Of a stretch of DNA of 64,000 nt, positions 1 through 9,242 are shown piece by piece. Under the pieces are notes generated by a model. It saw only the letters and a list, made by a program, of their open reading frames with translations, did no database searches and was not told the DNA's origin. Every line of letters starts with the position of its first letter. Within the stretch, counting starts at the first letter, position 1. The position numbers and the translations under genes are program-made. The stretch is taken from the NCBI GenBank assembly GCA_016794465.1, contig JAEUKA010000067.1, positions 38,141-102,140 of the forward strand. Direction: 5' to 3'. The stretch comes from Myxococcales bacterium. GTDB lineage: Bacteria; Myxococcota_A; Polyangia; Palsa-1104; JAEUJZ01.

Positions 1-3000
1 TGAGCAGGAAGTAGAAGCCGCTGTCGGCGTTGCTCATGAAGCCGTGGGCATAGCCAAGCTGGAACATAAACGGCAGATAGTGGCCGAGCGAGCCATCGAG
101 CCGTAGCTCTCCACCGACGGAGGCTTTGATCTTGTCGCTGTCGATGGTGCCGAAAAATGCGCCGCCCACATCGGAGTACACCGCGCCGTGGAGTCGCCAC
201 AAATAGAAGGGCAGGGTGTCGTAGCCGCGCTCGAGCCAGACGATCGGGAAGCGGTATTCGACGTTGACCACGTGATACTGGTCGCCGTAGGTGGCGCCGG
301 CACCGTAGCCGCGCAGTCGCGGTTGACCGGGGCGGGTCCCAAGGAGAGCCGCGCGCAGAAAGTCCTCGGACTCGGGGAAGCCACCGGCGTAATAGACGCC
401 TCGTCGCTTGAGATCGCCGCCGCTGATGCCGCCTTCGTAGCTCAGCATCAAGGTGTGGTTGCGCAGGAACCGCGACGGCCACGGGATGCCAAAGTTGCGC
501 GACGCTGCGACCCGCAGGTTGTAGACCAAGTACTGCGAGCCGAGGATCGGATGCGCGATCGAGGCATTGACGTACACCGAGCCGCCTTGCTCCGGTCCGA
601 CGGAAAACAGGAACCGCCGGGTGTCGCCGTAGGTGATGGTCATGCTCAGCGTCGCGTAGCGGCCAACCTCGGGCAGCTGCAGTGAGATGTCGTCGGGCCC
701 AGGAATCGGCGCTGGCGAGCGGTTGCGCCAATAGGTGAAGTTGTACGCCAGATACATCGTCGCTGAGCGGGCCACATCACGCAACAGCGGCAGGTCCGTG
801 CTCAGCCCGGTCTGCCATGACTCCTCGTCGTAGGCGCGATTTCGTCCATTGAGCCGCAGTCCGTTGCGCGGATACAGGCTGCGACTCACGTCGAGGTTGA
901 TGCCGTTCCACAGTCGCCGATAGCTGTAGCGGGCGACGACTCCGGTGGCATCGGCGCGGCCCGACTGCAGCGTGATGCCGCCGACCAGCGAGTGAATGCC
1001 GACGATGTCACTGGTCTGAAACTGCAAGCCAAAGCTCTGACCGTATGGCCCCGGCGCCGAGATCGGTAGCTGCGCCCCGAGCAGCGATGCTGGTACACGA
1101 AAAAACGTCCGCGCCGGATTGTAGCGACTGACGGGATAGCTGCTCGTGCGAGTCAGCTCGGGATCACCGACGTTACTCGGCTCGGGACGATCCGTCGGGG
1201 GTGGCGGCGCGAGCGGCGCGACGGTCAGGTCAATTGGGATCGTCTCGATGCGATAGCCTTCGGCGACAAAGCCAACCACCGCTGCCGTTTTTCCGTCGGG
1301 CGAGAGATCGGGCGAAAACACCCCGTTGAGGACATTCGAGACTTGATAGGTCGTGTCGCTCGCCAGGTGGTGGGCATACAGGTTGTAGATGCCGGTGCGA
1401 TCGGACACAAAATACAGCCACTTTCCGTCGGGGGAAAAGCGCGGCTCCAGGTCGAGCGCTCGGTCGCGGGTAATGAAGCGCAGCTCGCCGCTGTGCAGGT
1501 CCAGCGTCACGATGTCGCGAAATCCGCCCTGCTGCCAGTACGAAAAAGTCAGCAGCTTTCCGTCGGGGGACCAGCTTGGCGTATAGACCTGCGACCACTC
1601 TTTTTGCGACAGCGGAAACACCACCGGTCGGGCTGCGCGCGCTCGCCATACCTCCGGCACCGCAAACGCCTTGGGATTGATCGCTTCGGCTTCGTCGCGT
1701 CGCTCGGACCTGGGCAGCGTCATGACCGCCAGTCGCCGAGTGCCACCCGTTGTGACCTCGAATGCAACTCGCTTTCCGTCGGGAGAAATCGCCGGATTGT
1801 CGACCCGCAGCCCCGAGCTAAGCGCCAGCAGCTCGCGCCGGTCCCGCCGATACAGAAACAGATCCTGATACGAAAAAATCGCGCGGAAGTAGTTGAGCCG
1901 CGCCATCACCACCCAGCGACCGCCGGGCGCCACCGACAGGCCACCGGCTCCGTCGATCTCTAGCTCGCGCTGGGTCTTGCCGGTCTGAAAGTCATAGCGA
2001 ACCAGCGCTGGCCGCTTGTACGGGTCCGCCTCTAGCCACAGCAGTGATTTGCCATTGTCAACAAAAATCGGACGATCGACGGTCGCTTTCCAGTCCGACA
2101 GCGGTCGCTCGTGCGTCGTTCCCAGCGGCGACAGTGCCACCTCGGCTGCCTGCGCTTGGTAGCGTCGCTGCAAGTCCTGCCCAAACTCCTCGTACAGCGG
2201 CCCATAGGTATGCCCCGTTACCGCTTTGAGCGAGCGACTCATCCCCCACGGCACCCAGCAGTCCGGCGACCAGCAGCCCCCGTAGCGCGCCACCACCTTC
2301 TTGAGTGCGTCGTGACCAAACTTTCGCATGATGAAGCGCAGAAACGCCGAGCCGTACAGGTAGGGCACGTTGCCGCGTGGAAACAGCCGCGTCTGATTGG
2401 CCACCTGATCGAGCCGCAGGAACTTGCCCTCGAGGACGTGGCTGCGCAGATACATGTCAAACAGCGACGAGCGAAGCCGACCAGCACTCGAGCGCTCCGT
2501 CTCTTCCAGCACCGCCAGCCCTTCGATGAACCAGCGCGGCTGCACTTGATTGGGCGCGTAGACGTTGTTGATCCCCAGGCCGAGCAGCAGGTTCACCCAC
2601 TTGGGCAGCCCCGCCATCGTATCGAGGTGCAGGATGTGGGTGTACTCGTGGACAAACAGCGCATACAGCCAGTCGTCGAAGTCGTTCAGCTCCGAGCGAT
2701 CATCCGGCGCAGTCAGAAACAGCCGCACCGTCGGAAAAGGCATCGCCGTCGCCGATCCGTTCGAGTAATCGGTGTCATCGCTCAGGATGACCTCGGTGCG
2801 AAAGCGGGGCGTGTGACCCATCACCGGCGCCAGCACGCGATGTGACGTTTCAGCCACCTGAGTCAGGCGCTGCGCCACTCGACCGAGCGGCTCGTGATAG
2901 GTGATGCGGAAGTGCTCTGTCTCGATGGTCCGCCAGCGCAGATCGGGATCGCCGGCGTGGGCGGATCGCAGCGCCAGCAGCCACAGCGAGAGCGCGAAGA

Positions 3001-3094
3001 AGGTCGTCAGGAAGCGGCACACCGCCCGGCGCGCTTGCGGACCAGTTTTCACGGGGAGCGATCGACGCCGATCGCGAGAGGCTGGCATGACCAT
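1..3094 (-). CDS. Omp85/BamA-like outer-membrane beta-barrel protein with N-terminal HExxH peptidase-like domain and TolB-type PD40 repeats (3' end runs off the window)
   Basis: Absent from the ORF track only because no stop lies inside the window. My minus-strand translation from ATG 3094 stays open to base 1. It shows MVMPASRDRR...FFALSLWLLALRSAHA (signal-like), LFVHEYTHILHLD (HExxH) and repeated ..SPDGK.. units (e.g. FSPDGKWLYFVSDRTGIYNLY near 1440-1380). The C-terminal YGDQYHVVNVEYRFPI...GGELRLDG...LGYAHGF is typical of Bac_surface_Ag barrels. Confidence 0.75.
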   Translation of the reverse strand, partial: MVMPASRDRRRSLPVKTGPQARRAVCRFLTTFFALSLWLLALRSAHAGDPDLRWRTIETEHFRITYHEPLGRVAQRLTQVAETSHRVLAPVMGHTPRFRTEVILSDDTDYSNGSATAMPFPTVRLFLTAPDDRSELNDFDDWLYALFVHEYTHILHLDTMAGLPKWVNLLLGLGINNVYAPNQVQPRWFIEGLAVLEETERSSAGRLRSSLFDMYLRSHVLEGKFLRLDQVANQTRLFPRGNVPYLYGSAFLRFIMRKFGHDALKKVVARYGGCWSPDCWVPWGMSRSLKAVTGHTYGPLYEEFGQDLQRRYQAQAAEVALSPLGTTHERPLSDWKATVDRPIFVDNGKSLLWLEADPYKRPALVRYDFQTGKTQRELEIDGAGGLSVAPGGRWVVMARLNYFRAIFSYQDLFLYRRDRRELLALSSGLRVDNPAISPDGKRVAFEVTTGGTRRLAVMTLPRSERRDEAEAINPKAFAVPEVWRARAARPVVFPLSQKEWSQVYTPSWSPDGKLLTFSYWQQGGFRDIVTLDLHSGELRFITRDRALDLEPRFSPDGKWLYFVSDRTGIYNLYAHHLASDTTYQVSNVLNGVFSPDLSPDGKTAAVVGFVAEGYRIETIPIDLTVAPLAPPPPTDRPEPSNVGDPELTRTSSYPVSRYNPARTFFRVPASLLGAQLPISAPGPYGQSFGLQFQTSDIVGIHSLVGGITLQSGRADATGVVARYSYRRLWNGINLDVSRSLYPRNGLRLNGRNRAYDEESWQTGLSTDLPLLRDVARSATMYLAYNFTYWRNRSPAPIPGPDDISLQLPEVGRYATLSMTITYGDTRRFLFSVGPEQGGSVYVNASIAHPILGSQYLVYNLRVAASRNFGIPWPSRFLRNHTLMLSYEGGISGGDLKRRGVYYAGGFPESEDFLRAALLGTRPGQPRLRGYGAGATYGDQYHVVNVEYRFPIVWLERGYDTLPFYLWRLHGAVYSDVGGAFFGTIDSDKIKASVGGELRLDGSLGHYLPFMFQLGYAHGFMSNADSGFYFLL

Positions 3095-3150
3095 CGTGAT
3101 GAGAGGGTCATATCAGAGATCTGTGGTCAGCGGGGGCGAGGGCAGAGCAG

Positions 3151-3516
3151 TTACTGCTGCCCCTGGCTGGCCATCTCGGTCAGGAAGTGGCTGTCGCCGC
3201 GAACGGAGGCGGCCTTCTCACAGGTGTTCAGTGCGTCGATCTGCGCCGAGCAGCTGTTCTTCAGATACTTCACCGTCAGGATCGTATCGCAGATGCTGGT
3301 CGTATCGACACAGGTGATCAGGCTGGCGTAGGCATCGGAGCAGCCGTAGTCGGCAGCGATTTTGCCTTCGTAGACCAAGCTCTGAACGCAGGCATTGAAG
3401 TCGGCATCGTTGCCGCCTCGGCACTGACGATCTTTGTCACACAGCGACTTCTCGGTAGCAGAGCAGCCAGCCGCCATTGTCAAGAAAAATGCGAAAGCAA
3501 GTCCTAGGTTGCGCAT
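3151..3516 (-). CDS. Small Cys-rich secreted lipoprotein (paralogue A)
   Basis: ORF track 121 aa. Signal peptide plus lipobox-like AAGC, 8 further Cys in a conserved spacing, SD-like AAGAGG upstream. It lies 11 nt downstream of its paralogue. Confidence 0.7.
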   Translation of the reverse strand: MRNLGLAFAFFLTMAAGCSATEKSLCDKDRQCRGGNDADFNACVQSLVYEGKIAADYGCSDAYASLITCVDTTSICDTILTVKYLKNSCSAQIDALNTCEKAASVRGDSHFLTEMASQGQQ

Positions 3517-3527
3517 GGTTTACCTCT

Positions 3528-3854
3528 TTATTTGCCCTGGGCGCTGGCGGCCTTCTGACAGGAATTGGCGGCATCCCGCTGCGCTTTGCAGCTGTTGGTG
3601 AGCGAGCCGCTCTGGCAGATGCTGGTGGTGTCCAGACAGTCGAGCAGAAGGCTGTGTGCGTCGCCACACTTGTAGGCCTCGGCGACCACGGTGTCCTGAA
3701 TGTAGCTGTCGACGCAGGCGCTCTTGTCCCTGTCGTTGCCGCCCTCGCAGGTGATTCGCTTGTCGCAGATTGACTTCTCCCGGGCGCTACAACCCAGGCT
3801 GGTCAGGGCGAGCAGGGCCAAAGCAGGAAGACACAGGTTGGTAACTCTTCTCAT
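3528..3854 (-). CDS. Small Cys-rich secreted lipoprotein (paralogue B)
   Basis: ORF track 108 aa. Signal peptide LALLALTSLGC, same 8-Cys pattern as 3151..3516 (CDK..C.GGND.D..AC.....C.DA.SL..C.DTTSIC....NSC.AQ.DA.N.C.KAA). Confidence 0.7.
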   Translation of the reverse strand: MRRVTNLCLPALALLALTSLGCSAREKSICDKRITCEGGNDRDKSACVDSYIQDTVVAEAYKCGDAHSLLLDCLDTTSICQSGSLTNSCKAQRDAANSCQKAASAQGK

Positions 3855-3978
3855 AAGCTCTCTCTCCTTTCGGTGTTCTTATCTTGGAGCAGCGAGTGTA
3901 GTCCGGTCAACGCTCCTTCGTGATGACAGCGGATGTAGCCCGGTATCGGCAACCACAAGCCAGTCCAGCGACCGGTAA

Positions 3979-4016
3979 GGCGACTTGTAGGGCGACTTGC
4001 AAAAAGAAAAAGTCGC
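3979..4016. promoter_or_regulatory. Direct repeat GGCGACTTG x2 plus inverted partner AAGTCGC in a divergent promoter region
   Basis: GGCGACTTG at 3979-3987 and 3991-3999. GCGACTT / AAGTCGC (4010-4016) can form a 7-bp stem. Lies between the divergently transcribed lipoprotein operon and the kinase gene. Confidence 0.2.
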
Positions 4017-4053
4017 TGAACGGGTTTCCCAAACTTGCGGTACCTTAAGGACG

Positions 4054-5745
4054 ATGGCCGAGTCAGGCATCTTGCGGCTGGGCAACTATCTGCTCATCGA
4101 TCGACTGGGGGAAGGCGGCATGGCCGAGGTCTTCCTGGCCCAGTATTCCGGCGGTGAGCACTCGGTTGGTCCGCAGAGCCAGGTCGTCGTCAAGCGCATC
4201 AAGCCTTCGCTGTACAAGAGCACCGAGTTTCCGGTCTTTCGCGAGATGTTTCTCAACGAAGCGAAGCTGGTGCGGTCCCTGCAACACGCCAACTTGGCGC
4301 GGATGTACGCACTGCTCGAAGCCGTCGATGAGGACCTCGGTATCAAGGTTCCTTTTATCGTTGGTGAGTACATTCGCGGGACCCAGCTGTGGGAGCTGAT
4401 GCGGCTGGCGACGCAGGGCTTTACCGGCAAAGGGGTGCAGCCCGCGATCGCCGCGTTCATTGCCAGGGAAGTTGCACGCGGACTCGGACACGCGCATGCA
4501 CACAAAGACCCGACGACGGGCCGGCCACAGCCGATCATTCATCGCGACATCTCTCCCGAGAACATCATGGTGTCGCACGATGGGCAGGTGAAGGTCATCG
4601 ACTTCGGCGTCGCCAAAGCGCTCGGTGGCTTCGGACCGCAGACGCGAACCGGCATCATCAAGGGCAAGCTGGCGTATATGGCACCCGAGCAGGTGGCGCA
4701 GAAAGTGCTGCCAGCGACGGATGTGTTCGGGGCCGGGATCGTGCTCCATGAGCTTTTGACGGGGCGACGGCTGTTTGGCGGCTCGAATGAGTACTTGGTG
4801 GTCAGCCGGGTGCTAAAAGCCGAGATTCCGCGTCCGAGCAGTCTCATGCCGAACATCCCCAAAGAGCTGGACGATGTCACGATGCAGGCGCTCAGCCGGG
4901 ACTTGAAGGGGCGATTTACCGACGGCAATGCGATGGCCGATGCGCTGACGCGGGTGCTGGGTTCAGTGCCGGAGCTGGCGGGGACGACCAATCACACCAT
5001 TCGCGACTGGTCCAAGAAGCTAAACGCCGACGCCAAGCTGGTTGCCCAAGGCTGGGAAGAGCAGGAAAGCGGACTGGATGTCGATGTGCAGAACGCCCTG
5101 GCTCACAGCGCGGCCAAAGGCGAAGATGTCGAGGAGCTCGATCCGTCGGAGCTGTTGATGGTGGGAGGGCAGCTCGATCCAGGGGTGAAAGCGGCGGTGA
5201 CGATGGGCTTGCGGACGTTGCGTCCAGATATGCTCAAAGCGCCGCCCGCAGCTCGGCGTCCCCCGTCGCTCGAAGCGCTGCGTCCACCACCACTGCCAGG
5301 GGCTCGCGCGGCCGCCAATCGCATCAGCACCGATGTGCTTCCCAAGGGTGTTCCGCTTCCGTCTTCTCCGTCGAGTAAAGAGGCGATTGTGGCGCCGAGC
5401 AAGTCTCCGGCGCGAGCCATTCTTCCCGTGGTAACGCCTGACCCGGCAGCATCCACGATGGACAATGTGCCGGCGATGGACGCTGGGAGATCGTCAGTTC
5501 CTGCTGGACCGCCCGCTGCACCGGCTGCTGCTGCGACACCACCGCACCCAGTGCCACCGAGCGCAGCCGAAGCGACGGGCACTGCGACCCCAGTGTTGCC
5601 GTCTGCCTTGGCATTTGTGGAACCACACCTGCCACAGGTACTGCGGAGCGCGCTGCAAGATGCTCAGGTGCGACGACTTGCGCTGGTGATTGGCATCTTG
5701 GTGGCCGTCCTGTTCGTGCTGCTGCTCGTCGCGCTGCTCCGCTGA
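4054..5745 (+). CDS. Ser/Thr protein kinase, C-terminally tail-anchored, Pro/Ala-rich linker
   Basis: ORF track 3997..5745. Hanks motifs GEGGMAEVFLA, VVKRIK, HRDISPENIMV, DFGVAKAL, YMAPE. Terminal TM segment LALVIGILVAVLFVLLLVALL. I prefer ATG 4054 (MAESG, preceded by AAGGA) over the TTG at 3997, which overlaps the repeat structure. Confidence 0.9.
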   Translation: MAESGILRLGNYLLIDRLGEGGMAEVFLAQYSGGEHSVGPQSQVVVKRIKPSLYKSTEFPVFREMFLNEAKLVRSLQHANLARMYALLEAVDEDLGIKVPFIVGEYIRGTQLWELMRLATQGFTGKGVQPAIAAFIAREVARGLGHAHAHKDPTTGRPQPIIHRDISPENIMVSHDGQVKVIDFGVAKALGGFGPQTRTGIIKGKLAYMAPEQVAQKVLPATDVFGAGIVLHELLTGRRLFGGSNEYLVVSRVLKAEIPRPSSLMPNIPKELDDVTMQALSRDLKGRFTDGNAMADALTRVLGSVPELAGTTNHTIRDWSKKLNADAKLVAQGWEEQESGLDVDVQNALAHSAAKGEDVEELDPSELLMVGGQLDPGVKAAVTMGLRTLRPDMLKAPPAARRPPSLEALRPPPLPGARAAANRISTDVLPKGVPLPSSPSSKEAIVAPSKSPARAILPVVTPDPAASTMDNVPAMDAGRSSVPAGPPAAPAAAATPPHPVPPSAAEATGTATPVLPSALAFVEPHLPQVLRSALQDAQVRRLALVIGILVAVLFVLLLVALLR

Positions 5746-5790
5746 GGATTTCGTAGACGAGCCCCGCCCAGGAACGCATACTGCGTCACT

Positions 5791-6552
5791 GTGCTTGGGC
5801 GAAGAATCTTCTCTATCATCCGTCTCGCTGTGGGCTTTCTGCTTGTGGCTGTCTGCTCCACGGTGACGTTATTGCTGGCGCTGCTCCTACTGCCTTGGCG
5901 TCCCGCCCGCGTCAAGCTGTGCAATCTCTACGGCAAGTTCGTCGGTCGCGCGATCCTCTGGCTCGCTGGCGCCAGTCCGGTGGTCCATGACCGCCAGCGC
6001 ATCAACGAATATCGTCCCGCCATCTACGTGTCCAACCACTGCTCGACGCTGGATGCCTTCGTGGCGATCTGGATCTGTCCGATTGGTGGCTGCGGAGTCG
6101 CCAAAAAAGAGATCCTGCGCATACCGTTTTTCGGTTGGCTCTACTGGCTGTCGGGACACCTTGTCATCGATCGCGGGGACCGCTCGTCGGCGATTGCGGC
6201 GCTGAAGGACACGGCGGACTTCGTGAAGCAAAACGGCCTGAGCATCTGGATTTGGCCCGAGGGCACCCGCAGTCAAGACGGTCGGCTGCAGCCGCTGAAG
6301 AAGGGCTTTGCTCACCTGGCACTGGCGACGGGACTGCCGATTGTTCCGGTGGTCGTTCACCGCGCGCACGAGAACTGGGCCAAGCATCAATTTACGTTCC
6401 AGCCGATGCAGCTACAGATCGACATCCTGCCTGCGATTCCGACCGCGCACTGGCATGTCGAGGCCATCGACGAGCACATCAACGAGATTCACAAGGCCTT
6501 TGCGGATCAGCTCGGGGACAGCCAGAAGCCGCTTCCTGCGCCTGCTTCGTAG
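5791..6552 (+). CDS. plsC: 1-acyl-sn-glycerol-3-phosphate acyltransferase
   Basis: ORF track 253 aa (GTG start). N-terminal TM, acyltransferase motifs SNHCSTLD (HxxxxD) and IWPEGTRS. Confidence 0.85.
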   Translation: MLGRRIFSIIRLAVGFLLVAVCSTVTLLLALLLLPWRPARVKLCNLYGKFVGRAILWLAGASPVVHDRQRINEYRPAIYVSNHCSTLDAFVAIWICPIGGCGVAKKEILRIPFFGWLYWLSGHLVIDRGDRSSAIAALKDTADFVKQNGLSIWIWPEGTRSQDGRLQPLKKGFAHLALATGLPIVPVVVHRAHENWAKHQFTFQPMQLQIDILPAIPTAHWHVEAIDEHINEIHKAFADQLGDSQKPLPAPAS

Positions 6553-6686
6553 CGCCGCAGTGTGGTTGGCTCCAGATTCGCATCGGTATGCAGTGTCACA
6601 GCCATACAGATTGCAGCCTTGTGATATAGCTTCCGGCAGTTAGGTTCCCAAGCACCAAACGGCTCGCTATAACCAAGGAGTATCGA

Positions 6687-8417
6687 ATGCCTCGCTCGAT
6701 GAATCGTCGTCCCAGCCAGCTAACCATGTCTGCCCTCTTGCTGTCCGGAGCGGTCCTTAGTGGCTGTGCGTTCGGCGATGGCACTTCGACCGGCAGTGAT
6801 GACGGGCTGAAGATCCTGGCCGGACCGACCGAAGCGCCCAAGTCACTGGCTGCACTTGGGTTTGACACCGCACCGCTGTCTGCATCCCGTACACCGCTGT
6901 ATCTCTCGGGTCGGATGGAAGCGGCCGTGTTTGATGGCAACGGGGCTGCTCAGACGCTGCTCAGTCGGCTTGCTCCGGCGTATCGACTGGCCGCCGAGAC
7001 GAGCTTTACAGTGCTGTCGGATACCACCGATGAAGCCGGCCTTCGCTATCTGCGCTTGCAGCAGCGCCACGCCGGAATTCCCGTGGTCGATGGCGAAGTG
7101 GTCGTTCAAGCCGATCGTGATGGTTCGATCTTGGCGGTCCTCGGAGAGCTCAAGCCCGATCTCCGCTTCGAGGTTCCGGCGGCGGCCAAGCTTCCAGCAG
7201 CCGGGAGCCAGGCGATCAAGCGAGCGCTCGCCCCTGCGGCCAAGCTCGGCACGCTGCGGTTCCATGATTCACCGTCGCTGGCGGTGGTCGCACCCGAGAA
7301 TCAGCTCAATGCTCCCGTCGAGCTGGCCTATCGCGCACTCGTCGAATACGTCGGTAGCGATGGCATGGAGCTAGAGGAGATCTTTGTCTCGGTGCAGACC
7401 GGCGAAGTCTTGGCGCAGCGCTCGCACATCCATCGGGCACTGAATCGGTCGATTCACACGCTGGCTGGCGCTTGCATTGGCCTCGGTGGCACGCTGCCGG
7501 GCACGCTGGTGCGCAAGGAAGGCGATCCCAAGACCACCGACACCGGCGCCAACAACGTCTACGACCAGCAGTCGAGCACCTATTTCTTCTATAAGCTCCT
7601 GTTCGGTCGCGACTCGTACGACGACAAGGGTGCGAAGATGGTGGCGACGGTGAATGTGAAGTTCCCGTCGGGATTTAGCTGCTCGCCGAACAACGCCGCC
7701 TGGCTCGGCTCGCCGTACTTTCAGATGGCGTACGGCCAGGGCGATGGCATGGTGCTGCTCGACCTCACGCTTGGGCTCGACGTGACGGCGCATGAGATTA
7801 CCCACGCAGTGACCAGCACCACGTCGAACCTGACCTACAAAAACGAGTCGGGCGCGCTCAACGAGGCGATGAGCGACATCATGGGCTCTGGCGTCGAAGC
7901 CTGGGTTGCATCGGGCGGCAGCGAGGCGGGCAATCCGACGATGTTCAAGCACTCGGCGGAAACCTGGCTGCTCGGCAAGGAAGTCGCGGGTCCGAAGCTG
8001 CCTGGTGGCTCACTGCGCTTTATGGACAACCCGACGAAGGACGGTCAGAGCAAGGACTTCTACAGCGAGCGCATCCTGCCAGGCGGAACCGATAACGGCG
8101 GCGTTCACCTCAACAGCGGCATGCCCAACTTGGTTCACGTGTTGCTGACGCAGGGCGGCAAGCATCCACGTGGCAAGACCACCGTCGAGGTTCCTGCGAT
8201 TGGCATCGAGAAGTCGCTGCGCATCTTCTACCTGGCCAACAACAAGCTGCTGCCGGCGGGCGCGACGTTCGAGGTGGCTCGTTACGCGATGACCCAAGCG
8301 GCGCAGACCTTGTTTAGCCGCTGTGGAACCGAGATGGTCGCTGTCAACCGAGCCTGGGATGCCGTCGGCGCACCGGGCCTGTGGCAGCCCTGCGTTCGTC
8401 CGCCAAGCCGCTTCTAA
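6687..8417 (+). CDS. M4 (thermolysin-family) zinc metalloprotease, lipoprotein-type signal, with propeptide
   Basis: ORF track 576 aa. SD AAGGAG, lipobox LSGC, HEITHAV (HExxH) plus GALNEAMSDIMG (third zinc-ligand Glu), GGVHLNSGMPN. Confidence 0.9.
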   Translation: MPRSMNRRPSQLTMSALLLSGAVLSGCAFGDGTSTGSDDGLKILAGPTEAPKSLAALGFDTAPLSASRTPLYLSGRMEAAVFDGNGAAQTLLSRLAPAYRLAAETSFTVLSDTTDEAGLRYLRLQQRHAGIPVVDGEVVVQADRDGSILAVLGELKPDLRFEVPAAAKLPAAGSQAIKRALAPAAKLGTLRFHDSPSLAVVAPENQLNAPVELAYRALVEYVGSDGMELEEIFVSVQTGEVLAQRSHIHRALNRSIHTLAGACIGLGGTLPGTLVRKEGDPKTTDTGANNVYDQQSSTYFFYKLLFGRDSYDDKGAKMVATVNVKFPSGFSCSPNNAAWLGSPYFQMAYGQGDGMVLLDLTLGLDVTAHEITHAVTSTTSNLTYKNESGALNEAMSDIMGSGVEAWVASGGSEAGNPTMFKHSAETWLLGKEVAGPKLPGGSLRFMDNPTKDGQSKDFYSERILPGGTDNGGVHLNSGMPNLVHVLLTQGGKHPRGKTTVEVPAIGIEKSLRIFYLANNKLLPAGATFEVARYAMTQAAQTLFSRCGTEMVAVNRAWDAVGAPGLWQPCVRPPSRF

Positions 8418-8446
8418 TCGAAAACTTCCCGTCTCTTTCAGCGGCT

Positions 8447-8506
8447 CTGTTCCCGGCTGTTCTCGACTGTTCTCGACTGTTCTCGGCTGCTGCCGGCTGT
8501 TCTCGG
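8447..8506. repeat. Six tandem 10-bp units CTGTTCTCGR
   Basis: ctgttcccgg ctgttctcga ctgttctcga ctgttctcgg ctgctgccgg ctgttctcgg, starting 30 nt after the M4 protease stop. Confidence 0.8.
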
Positions 8507-8659
8507 TCGGCATTCATCGAGAGCCGCTCCGACCCTTTCAGTCACCCTCATAGATTCGTAGATCCATCGACCTGCTGGCCCGTTCATGCAGAGCGACAGC
8601 GCCATACTGGCTTAGGCAGAACATCGCCGAGCCAGCCGCGCAAACCCTCAAAAAGGAGC

Positions 8660-8962
8660 ATGCCGATGCGTAAGACCTTGCTAGCGGTTGCCTTTTGTGC
8701 CTCGTTCACTGGTTCTGCATTTGCGCAGAGCAATCCCCAAGTAAGCAGCGGGTCCCGTTCTACGGTGAATGCGGCGGGTCAGCACACAGTTACCTACAAA
8801 GACCGCACCGAGTACGACTTCGACGCGGAGGAAGTGACAGGTAGCGTGGTGCAGCCAGATGTCGACATGGTGACGGGACGCATCAAGGCTCACCACAAGA
8901 GCCTGGTCCAGCCTCGCGGCACCTTCCAGCCAGAGCTTCTCCAGTCGGTGGAACAGCTGTAG
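8660..8962 (+). CDS. Small secreted protein of unknown function
   Basis: Internal ATG of ORF 8381..8962, preceded by AAAGGAG. MPMRKTLLAVAFCASFTGSAFAQ signal peptide, ~100 aa. The upstream part of the listed ORF overlaps the 10-bp repeat and looks non-coding. Confidence 0.55.
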   Translation: MPMRKTLLAVAFCASFTGSAFAQSNPQVSSGSRSTVNAAGQHTVTYKDRTEYDFDAEEVTGSVVQPDVDMVTGRIKAHHKSLVQPRGTFQPELLQSVEQL

Positions 8963-9242
8963 CCGACCCAAAGGGTGCAAGCTCACAGCAGTACAGATTT
9001 TGAAGTTCCGCCCGTTCCAGCTACCGCTTTCCAACCATCGCAAGTACGCGCAGAGCCGACGCTTCCAATTGCCCGGATAGAGCGGTAAAATTGCCTTAGT
9101 AAAGAATGTCTTGCTCGCATTGGGCATGTAACCTCTCTGCTGCCCCGGCCACTCGTGCATGCGCGTCCGGTTTGGTGGACTTTCCACCACTCCTGGATGC
9201 ACTTCCGTCGAGTCGTCGTGAGCAGGTCTGGCAGGGCGGGAC

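Noticed and set aside
2058-2249. Suspected frameshift or pseudogenisation of the first gene, because no long minus ORF is listed for 1-3094 and a short ORF 2058..2249 is
   Set aside because: Re-reading the sequence shows one continuous frame from 3094 to base 1. The gene is missing from the track only because its stop lies outside the window.
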